The position numbers and the translations under genes were made by a program. Under the pieces are notes generated by a model. That model was not told the DNA's origin. It made no database searches and saw only the letters and a program-made list of their open reading frames with translations. A DNA stretch of 64,000 nt from Candidatus Gastranaerophilaceae bacterium (lineage in GTDB: Bacteria > Cyanobacteriota > Vampirovibrionia > Gastranaerophilales > Gastranaerophilaceae), in the NCBI GenBank assembly GCA_045651505.1, contig JAZRSL010000038.1, positions 1,072-65,071 on the forward strand. Direction: 5' to 3'. Of this stretch, positions 9,892-17,261 are shown one piece after another (positions within the stretch are counted from its first letter, which is position 1; each line of letters starts with the position of its first letter).

Positions 9892-10815
9892 TTAATTCCC
9901 GTATAACCTATATGTTACAAGCGCTAAAATTAAAAGCGCTGTTATTGTCATTATAAAAATAAATTCAAAAACGTGAGTCATTCTAAACCTTGCAATCGCT
10001 GATTCTACAGTTCCAACAATTATAGAAATTAAAGCCACTATCACTAAAAATATTAAAATTGTGCATAAATCATTTACACCGTGTAGATTTCCAAGAAGCA
10101 AATTTGCAATCAAAGCTTCAAAAAGAAACATCTTAATTGCAGCTCCCCAAGTAATAAACCCTAAATCCACACCTGAGTTGTCAAGAATCATTACTTCATG
10201 AATCATAGTTAATTCCAAGTGAGTTGTTGGATCATCCACAGGAACTCTACAGCTTTCCACAAGTAACATTATAAACAATGTCATTACTGCAAGAGCAATT
10301 ATAAGATATCCATAAATACCTGCATTATCAAGAATTAGCCTTAAAGATTCAAATGAGTAATTTTGGCTCAATGCAATAGCCGATGCCATCATGATAAAAA
10401 ACGCAGGTTCTACAATTGTAGAAAAACATGCTTCACGAGAAGCCCCCATTCCTTCAAAACTGCTACCTGTATCAAGTGCTGAAATTATTGAGAAGAATTT
10501 TCCAAAACCTAATACGTAAGCAAAGATTATGAATGCAAATGGAATATCAATAATAGCATTTCCGCTTGCTAATGGAACAAATAATGATGCAAAAATAATT
10601 GATGCAAAATTAGCTATAGGCGCAAATCTAAACACCCAAGACGTTGTTTTACTATATACAGCATCTTTTTTCATTAATCTTAAAAAGTCCCATAATGGCT
10701 GTAAAATACTTACACCCTTTCTTCCTGACCAAAAAGCTTTTGTCTTCTTTAATAATCCAAGAAGTATAAATGGTGCTATAAATAAAATTAATATATTTAA
10801 AATCGTAATTATCAT
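9892..10815 (-). CDS. hyfC: NuoH/HycD/HyfC-like membrane subunit
   Basis: 307-aa polytopic protein with NuoH-family features (GSSFEGMGASREA, EAPRVPVDDP-like CRVPVDDPTTHLELTM). Confidence 0.85.
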   Translation of the reverse strand: MIITILNILILFIAPFILLGLLKKTKAFWSGRKGVSILQPLWDFLRLMKKDAVYSKTTSWVFRFAPIANFASIIFASLFVPLASGNAIIDIPFAFIIFAYVLGFGKFFSIISALDTGSSFEGMGASREACFSTIVEPAFFIMMASAIALSQNYSFESLRLILDNAGIYGYLIIALAVMTLFIMLLVESCRVPVDDPTTHLELTMIHEVMILDNSGVDLGFITWGAAIKMFLFEALIANLLLGNLHGVNDLCTILIFLVIVALISIIVGTVESAIARFRMTHVFEFIFIMTITALLILALVTYRLYGN

Positions 10816-10824
10816 TATTTTTCC

Positions 10825-12807
10825 TTATCCAAATATCATTAAACTTGCAATTGCTAACACCAAGAATATTAGGCCAAATAAAATATACTGCTGCATATTT
10901 CCGTTCTGAATCCTTTCAAACTTAGCTAAAATTTTCTCATCTAACTTAATTATTGGCTCAACAATGTAAGCCTCTTCTATATCTTCAATTTCTAATTCAA
11001 AATAAGCATCTTTAGGAAATAAATCCTTTGGTTTTTTAATATGAGAAACGCTTTTGAATAGAGGTTTTAAAGTTGATACAAATAAGTTATCAAATGATGA
11101 TGGTGTATATTGCATATGAGTATTTGGTCTATCATATCCGCAACCCCAAGTTGTATGTTCAGTATATTTCTTATTAATTCTTCTTCTTACAAACATAACA
11201 ACAGCAACAACTACTATAAATACTAAGAAAATTATGCTTAATACTTGCATAAAGTTAGTCAATGAATTTAAAATACTTGGCAACTCATTCGTACCAACAA
11301 AAACTGCAACTGGTGAAAGTACTAAGTTAATAAAGAGTTGTGGGAATAATCCTATTGATATGGCAAGAAAAGCTAAAACAGACATCGGTAAAATCATAAC
11401 TTTGCTAACGTCTGAATCAACTGCTCTGGCGTGTTCACTTCTAGCTTCGCCTAAGAAAGTAATACCTGTAGCTTTTGAAAAACATACAATAGCCATTGTA
11501 CCTACCATAGCTAAAGAAGCTATTGATAATACGAGCATAATAAACAAGCTTATTTCACTTGCAGGAATACCCAATAACATGCCAGCATAAATAAGAATTT
11601 CACTTATAAAACCATTAAATGGTGGTAAGCCACAAATAGCAATTGAACCTAAAATAAATAAAAGCGAAGTCTTTGGCATTGTCTTTATTAACCCGCCAAG
11701 AGTTTCAATATTTCTTGTATGAGTTTTTATATAAGTATTACCCGCTGAGAAAAATAATAATTCTTTAAATATAGAATGGTTAAGTATATGTAAGATTCCA
11801 CCTGCAAATCCAAATGTTGCAACTACAGGATTCGAATACGCTAAACCTATCATACCAACCGCAATACCTAATCCTATAATACCAATATTTTCAATTGATG
11901 AGTAGGCTAGCAATCTTTTTAAATCGTGCTGAGTAATCGCATATAAAACACCATATAAAAGAGTTAAAAGTGCTATTACAAGCACTAAATAAGCGATTCC
12001 TTTTTCAGGAATTCCAATCATATAAAGAGTTCTTAGAATACCATATATACCAGTCTTAATCATAACTCCAGACATTATCCCTGAAACGTGGCTTGGCGCA
12101 GCTGGGTGCGCATCAGGTAACCAATTATGGAAAGGCACGAAACCAGCTTTTATTCCAAAACCAATAAAACCAAGAATAAATGCAAGACTCGCAAAATGTT
12201 GATTTTGTTTTAAAGCTTCTGCATATGTAGCAAAATCAAATGAATTTGAAATATTTGTTAAAAGGGCAAACATTGATATTATAAATAAAACTGATAAATG
12301 CATATAAACTAAATATTTGATACCAGCTTTTCTAACTTCTTTTTTTTCACCTTCAAATATTACAAGGAAGAATGATGAAAGTGACATCAATTCCCAAATT
12401 ACTAAGAAAAATAATCCATTTTGAACAGTTACAACCCCTAGCATTGAAGTAATTAAAAGCATCAAAAACAACGAATGGCTTGAAATGCTTTTGCCTTTTT
12501 CAATATAAGGTTTTAAATATCCATTTGCATAGATTAATCCTAAAAAGCTCATTATAGAAATAATTACTATAAATATTGCACTTAACGGATCAATCACAAA
12601 ATTAACAGTTCCATATAACGGTGAAAAAGTGAAAGCTTGTTGTAAAACCTCACCTTTAAATAATGCTTTAAATGCAGGAATTAACAAAAAAATTGAAGAA
12701 ATTCCAGTAAATATAGAACATATTTTTAATTTAAAATTATTTTTTACAAAAAGCGAAACAAACCCGCCCAATAGTAATATAAAAATTGCCAGCATAAAAT
12801 GTATCAT
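10825..12807 (-). CDS. hyfB: NuoL/HyfB-like antiporter-like membrane subunit
   Basis: 660-aa polytopic protein with GFVPFHNWLPDAHPAAPSHVSGIMSGVMIK and LLAYSSIENIG motifs. First gene of the operon. Confidence 0.9.
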   Translation of the reverse strand: MIHFMLAIFILLLGGFVSLFVKNNFKLKICSIFTGISSIFLLIPAFKALFKGEVLQQAFTFSPLYGTVNFVIDPLSAIFIVIISIMSFLGLIYANGYLKPYIEKGKSISSHSLFLMLLITSMLGVVTVQNGLFFLVIWELMSLSSFFLVIFEGEKKEVRKAGIKYLVYMHLSVLFIISMFALLTNISNSFDFATYAEALKQNQHFASLAFILGFIGFGIKAGFVPFHNWLPDAHPAAPSHVSGIMSGVMIKTGIYGILRTLYMIGIPEKGIAYLVLVIALLTLLYGVLYAITQHDLKRLLAYSSIENIGIIGLGIAVGMIGLAYSNPVVATFGFAGGILHILNHSIFKELLFFSAGNTYIKTHTRNIETLGGLIKTMPKTSLLFILGSIAICGLPPFNGFISEILIYAGMLLGIPASEISLFIMLVLSIASLAMVGTMAIVCFSKATGITFLGEARSEHARAVDSDVSKVMILPMSVLAFLAISIGLFPQLFINLVLSPVAVFVGTNELPSILNSLTNFMQVLSIIFLVFIVVVAVVMFVRRRINKKYTEHTTWGCGYDRPNTHMQYTPSSFDNLFVSTLKPLFKSVSHIKKPKDLFPKDAYFELEIEDIEEAYIVEPIIKLDEKILAKFERIQNGNMQQYILFGLIFLVLAIASLMIFG

Positions 12808-12854
12808 TTTAAAGTTGTCCCCAAGTTATATAAAGTCTAACTTCTTACACTTCT

Positions 12855-12883
12855 GTTATATTGCTAACAAGGTTTAAAATCAA
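12855..12883 (-). promoter_or_regulatory. Candidate promoter of the hyf-like operon
   Basis: On the minus strand: TTGATT (12883-12878), 17-nt spacer, TATAAC (12860-12855), about 50 nt upstream of the hyfB-like start. Confidence 0.45.
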
Positions 12884-13019
12884 GAGTTTCTATAAGTTTA
12901 TAAAAACCATTTTTAACTGTTAAGATTTATTTCAAAAATAATAAAACACCCCCCAAAAAAGGCAATAAATATACAGTAATTGTTTTTATATAACTAGTGA
13001 TACTAGTGTAGAAGTTTTT

Positions 13020-14633
13020 ATGCAGATTAATAAAACAAATAGTACTATTTTTAATATTAATTTTGGTAGCAAACATTTGCAAAATATTAACAAAAAATTT
13101 GTAATGAGCAACCAAATTAATCGTGATATTTTTCAATCCGCAATTATAAAATATGATTCAATATTAAAACAAATTTCTGAAAAAGGTTTAAAACTCCCAA
13201 AAGAAATTTCTTCTATTGTTATTGGAAAACTTGGTAAAATACGTTCCTCAAAAGAATTAACAGTAGATGATATTATTAAGCTTATTAAGCATGAAACAAA
13301 ACCTTTTGAAGAAGCTGAAATAAAAAAAATATTATCAGCTTATTCATCTGAAGAACAAGCATTAGCTAAAAAACTTCTCATAAGGTGCAGCCAATTTGCA
13401 AAACTCGATTCTCTAAAAAAAATAGCGGAAAATATTGATACCACACTTTACCAAGATACATTACCTTCTTGTGGCACTACAATACGATATTTGCAAAAAT
13501 ACGGACATCTAAAAGGGCGATTTGATGATTCATCAGAAACAGGAACTATAATTATTGATAAATTAGTTTTAGAACGTTTAGAAAATAATCCTGATTTTCT
13601 TAAAAAAATCTTAGCTAATCCTGATTTTAAATTTTTACTACCAGAAGGATATATTACTGGGGTAAATCCTTTCTCGCAAACCCAAGATTTATCAAAATTA
13701 CTAAAAGATAAAATTAAACTATTTAATTCCTTAAGAAAACAATATCCCGAAAAAACTGAAGATGAAATCTTTTCAATAATTTTGAATCAACCTATACTTG
13801 AAAGATTAAATAAACTTGGAATAAGTTCTGATAGAATAAGAATCCTGCAAAATATACCTAGAAACACAAGTTATGAAATAAAAGATATACTTAATCAATT
13901 CAATTCTAAAAATGTTACGAGAACTGATATTGAAAATATTTTAACTAAATATAATAGAGAAGAATGGCCTTATATATTAGAAATTTTGGCACAAACACTT
14001 AAAATTAAATCTACAAGAACTTGTAGCGAAAGTTATAAACAAATTTATAAAGATATTATACAAGCTAACGGCGGAACAGATGAAGGTATTTATTATTTAC
14101 TTCCAGTTCAAGCGATTAAAAGCTACTCAACGGTTATAATGCAGTTTTTTGAAGCAAATAATCTTGACGCAAGCAAGATTATACAAAAAGATGATTTGGG
14201 AAAAGAAGCTATAAAAAAAGCACGAGCAATAGTAATATTAGATGACATGGCATGCTCTGGCGAAAGCCTAAAAATAGCTTTTAAAGATTTAGCAGAACAA
14301 CTTTGCATCCATAAAAGTGAAGTAAGCGATATAATTATATCACCGGTTATGTGTTCAAGAACAGCGTTTCCATTACTAAACAATACAACTTATTTAGGCA
14401 GAAACGTTACCTGTATTCCAGGGGAAATTGTTGAAAATTTTTCAACTAATGCGCACGTAAGAAGTTTGAATCCTGCTCAACAAAAAATCTACAAAGAACT
14501 ATTACAAGGTGGTGGCTATGAAGGAGGAGACTACAGCCTTGCTTTTCCTTATATGGCACCTGATAACAACAATCGACTTTTTGCAACAGAATTCGCAAAA
14601 TTATTCACTCTTGATGGATTGGGTGTAAAATAA
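13020..14633 (+). CDS. Hypothetical protein with a C-terminal phosphoribosyltransferase-like (PRPP-loop) domain
   Basis: 537-aa ORF. ARAIVILDDMACSGESL resembles the PRTase PRPP-binding loop (hydrophobic run-DD-xxx-SG-x-S). The N-terminal ~400 aa are helical and unassigned. The start is uncertain, with an alternative ATG at 13104. Confidence 0.6.
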   Translation: MQINKTNSTIFNINFGSKHLQNINKKFVMSNQINRDIFQSAIIKYDSILKQISEKGLKLPKEISSIVIGKLGKIRSSKELTVDDIIKLIKHETKPFEEAEIKKILSAYSSEEQALAKKLLIRCSQFAKLDSLKKIAENIDTTLYQDTLPSCGTTIRYLQKYGHLKGRFDDSSETGTIIIDKLVLERLENNPDFLKKILANPDFKFLLPEGYITGVNPFSQTQDLSKLLKDKIKLFNSLRKQYPEKTEDEIFSIILNQPILERLNKLGISSDRIRILQNIPRNTSYEIKDILNQFNSKNVTRTDIENILTKYNREEWPYILEILAQTLKIKSTRTCSESYKQIYKDIIQANGGTDEGIYYLLPVQAIKSYSTVIMQFFEANNLDASKIIQKDDLGKEAIKKARAIVILDDMACSGESLKIAFKDLAEQLCIHKSEVSDIIISPVMCSRTAFPLLNNTTYLGRNVTCIPGEIVENFSTNAHVRSLNPAQQKIYKELLQGGGYEGGDYSLAFPYMAPDNNNRLFATEFAKLFTLDGLGVK

Positions 14634-14788
14634 ATCTTTTTATTTTTAAAAAATTACTATCCACTTGGACTCTCTTTTTTGGCAATGTTTTTAATTTCTT
14701 AAAACACCATAATTTAGTGTAACTGAAAAACAAAGCTCTAAAGCTCATTTAGTTAGAGCTTAAAGACATTACCTATAAGGAGGTTAAA

Positions 14789-16738
14789 ATGACGATTAGA
14801 AAACTTACTGTGGCAGCTGCAATTGCCGTTGGTATAGCAACGTGTTCGTTTAATACGGTAATGGCAGCTTGCCCATGCGACCAGCACCCGATTGTTTCTC
14901 AATCTAATTGTGGTTGCAACGAATTACCAACTGTAACTGGTGCGGCTTGTCCTTGTGATCCAAAACCAACACCGTGTTGCGATATGCCAAAATGTGAACC
15001 AGATCCAGTTCCATCTTGTGCATTATGTCCTAATACCAGTGGCTTTGACAGAGAAAACATGAAGCAAGTTTACGCTTACCCTAATGGTATCTACGGTTAT
15101 AACAACTACGTAGGTACTCGTGCTGATTCTGTATACTCATCAGAAGGTTTTGGTGTTTGCCGTGACAACAAGCAAATGTTAACTCAACAAGTTATGGGTA
15201 CTACAATTGCTCAAGATGGCCAAATTACTGGCGCTGCTTCAAACATTCCTTGTCTTAACGACAAGAGAAGCCATAACGGTATTCCTATTATGAGAGATGA
15301 AAGCAGAATGGACGGTATGGGATGTCCTATCCAAATGAGCACAGCTAACTCAATTCAGGCTGTTAAGAAAACCCTTACACCTTTCGATTTATCACCGTTT
15401 GCGAATTTAACTGGTGCTGCTGCTCCAGCTCAATTACAAATGTTCCCTGACGTTCCAAATAGCTATTGGGCATCTTGTCCTATCGATAAATTAGCAACAA
15501 ATGATGTTGTAGTAGGCTATCCAGATAGAATGTTTAAACCATCTAAAAATATCTCTAGAGCAGAATTCGCAACTATGATAGTAAAAGGCTTCGATAAAGA
15601 TATGTATTCTTGTGCACCTGAAAAATTATTCTCAGACGTTCCTACTAACCACTGGGCCAATTCAGCTATTACAGTTGCTGTTCACCAAAACTTACTCAAA
15701 GGCTATCCAAATGGAACATTTATGCCTAATCATAACGTAACAAGAGTAGAAGCTCTTTGTGCATTATCAAAAGGTATCAATTGCCCTCAAGTTGACAAAT
15801 GTAAAGCTCAAGAAATTTTATCAAAATACTCAGACGGTAATTCTGTACCTGAATGGGCACAAATACCAATCGCAACTGCATTAGATAAAGGGGCTTTAAA
15901 TGATTCACCAAACCCAAGAATGATTGCGCCGTTTAAAGATGCAACTCGTGCCGAAATAGCATCAATGTTACAAAATATTCGTGTAAACGCTGGTATTGAC
16001 AAAAATCCAGTGACTGCAAATAATGATTGTCCAATTTGTCCGGTTGATAAAAAGGCATTTATCGAAAATGAAGAGTTAGTTAAAATCCCAACACTTCAAT
16101 TAGAATTCAAAGACCAAGTAACTGCTAAATCTTCACACGTAGGCCAAAAATTTGCAGCAAAAACACTTGAAGATGTAACAATTGATGGTAAATTATTCCC
16201 TTGTGGTTCAAATGTACACGGTAAAGTTGTTGAAGTTATTCGTCCATCAGGATGTCAAAAAGGTGCTTTAAAACTTGCATTTACAGATATTGAAAACTGC
16301 GGTTGCAAAGCAAAATTACCAAGACAAATTTTAACAGCTCAAATTGATAAATCTAATACGCCAAATATTGTTTCAAGACTAGTAACTGCTCCATTTACTT
16401 GGGCTGGCTCTCTTGTAGGTATTGTAGGTAGAACAACAGGTGGTATGTTAACTACTCTTGGTAACGCTGTTGAAGACGTATCAACTGGTACTGGTATCGC
16501 ATTGGGTGAAGTATTCCAAGGTCAATTACCAGCTGCGGGTAGAAGTGCTTACGACGTTGTTAAGGATACAATCAAAGCTCCAATTGACTTAACTAGAACG
16601 GCTCTATCAGGTACAATGGGCTTATTCCAAACAACAGGCGACGAAGTTGCTTACTTAGTTGATGCTAAAGGCTTCAAAATCTCAGCTATTAATCCGAAAG
16701 AACACGTAACAATTGCTTTCGGCTGTAACGGTCAGTAG
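14789..16738 (+). CDS. Secreted SLH-domain envelope protein with a Cys/Pro-rich N-terminal segment
   Basis: Strong RBS (TAAGGAGG) and signal peptide MTIRKLTVAAAIAVGIATCSFNTVMA. Three SLH-type repeats are present: FPDVPNSYWASCPIDKL...RAEFATMIVK; FSDVPTNHWANSAITVAV...RVEALCAL; VPEWAQIPIATAL...RAEIASML. Confidence 0.85.
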   Translation: MTIRKLTVAAAIAVGIATCSFNTVMAACPCDQHPIVSQSNCGCNELPTVTGAACPCDPKPTPCCDMPKCEPDPVPSCALCPNTSGFDRENMKQVYAYPNGIYGYNNYVGTRADSVYSSEGFGVCRDNKQMLTQQVMGTTIAQDGQITGAASNIPCLNDKRSHNGIPIMRDESRMDGMGCPIQMSTANSIQAVKKTLTPFDLSPFANLTGAAAPAQLQMFPDVPNSYWASCPIDKLATNDVVVGYPDRMFKPSKNISRAEFATMIVKGFDKDMYSCAPEKLFSDVPTNHWANSAITVAVHQNLLKGYPNGTFMPNHNVTRVEALCALSKGINCPQVDKCKAQEILSKYSDGNSVPEWAQIPIATALDKGALNDSPNPRMIAPFKDATRAEIASMLQNIRVNAGIDKNPVTANNDCPICPVDKKAFIENEELVKIPTLQLEFKDQVTAKSSHVGQKFAAKTLEDVTIDGKLFPCGSNVHGKVVEVIRPSGCQKGALKLAFTDIENCGCKAKLPRQILTAQIDKSNTPNIVSRLVTAPFTWAGSLVGIVGRTTGGMLTTLGNAVEDVSTGTGIALGEVFQGQLPAAGRSAYDVVKDTIKAPIDLTRTALSGTMGLFQTTGDEVAYLVDAKGFKISAINPKEHVTIAFGCNGQ

Positions 16739-16760
16739 TTTAGAATCGTTTACAGTAAGA

Positions 16761-16800
16761 ACAAGCCCTAGCAGTAGTTTTTGCGGGGCTTGTTTTTTTG
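16761..16800 (+). terminator. Intrinsic terminator after the SLH gene
   Basis: ACAAGCCC...GGGCTTGT stem followed by T7. Confidence 0.65.
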
Positions 16801-16877
16801 TTAAAAAAACAAAAAAACAAAACCCCTATTTACATTTTATTTATTTTGTTAAGAGGTTTTCTTTTATGGATATTTAC

Positions 16878-17147
16878 CGTTTCTTTTCTTTCTTTAGTTG
16901 CGAGGTAAAGAAAGAAAAGAAACGGCGAAAGAAAAGAAAGAAAACACGCTTTATAAGCTAGCTCCGGTGGTGTTAACCACCTACGCACGTTATCTATGAT
17001 AACGTAAACCACAACATCTCAAGCTCAAAAGAGCTTGAGCATCGGCAATTAATATCGCCGATGCCAACAATTTAAAGTGTGCTTTCTCTTTCTTTTTCGT
17101 AGTTTTTCTTTCTCTTTACCTCACAAATAAAGAGAAAGAAAAAGTAC
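16878..17147. repeat. ~270-nt nested inverted-repeat element (structured ncRNA or MITE-like) in the SLH-clpB intergenic region
   Basis: A perfect 19-bp hairpin (16878-16896 / 16906-16924) and a perfect 16-bp hairpin (17103-17118 / 17128-17143) are built from polypyrimidine/polypurine arms. The two arms are also ~70-nt imperfect inverted repeats of each other. Four central hairpins lie at 16966-16981, 16987-17005, 17018-17039 and 17040-17063. Confidence 0.7.
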
Positions 17148-17261
17148 AATAAAAATATAAAAAACAATTTTTAACAAAATAAATAAAAAGTTAAATAATA
17201 ATTAATTTTTCGTTGACTTTCAAAAAATATCATTAAAATGATAATATACGGAGTTCTGACT

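Noticed and set aside
5541-12807. Formate hydrogenlyase (hyc/hyf) annotation taken at face value.
   Set aside because: There is no fdhF, hycF/hyfH, hyfA, hyfR or hyp genes in or next to the operon, and the large subunit lacks clear CxxC pairs. The gene symbols are kept only as positional analogies.
12927-13136. 69-aa minus-strand ORF in the hyf promoter region.
   Set aside because: It lies in an AT-rich intergenic/5' region, overlaps the start of the 537-aa plus-strand gene, and has no RBS or recognisable features.
16713-17012. ORFs 16713-16961 (+) and 16830-17012 (-) in the SLH-clpB intergenic region.
   Set aside because: Their peptides (KKEKKRRKKRKK..., LSPFLFFLYL...) are simply translations of the polypurine/polypyrimidine hairpin arms, and the first starts inside the upstream gene's end and terminator. 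The region is better explained as a structured repeat.
17213-17241. TTGACT box upstream of clpB as a promoter.
   Set aside because: No acceptable -10 hexamer lies at 16-18 nt spacing (TAAAAT at 15 nt, TAATAT at 23 nt). This is too ambiguous to report as a feature.
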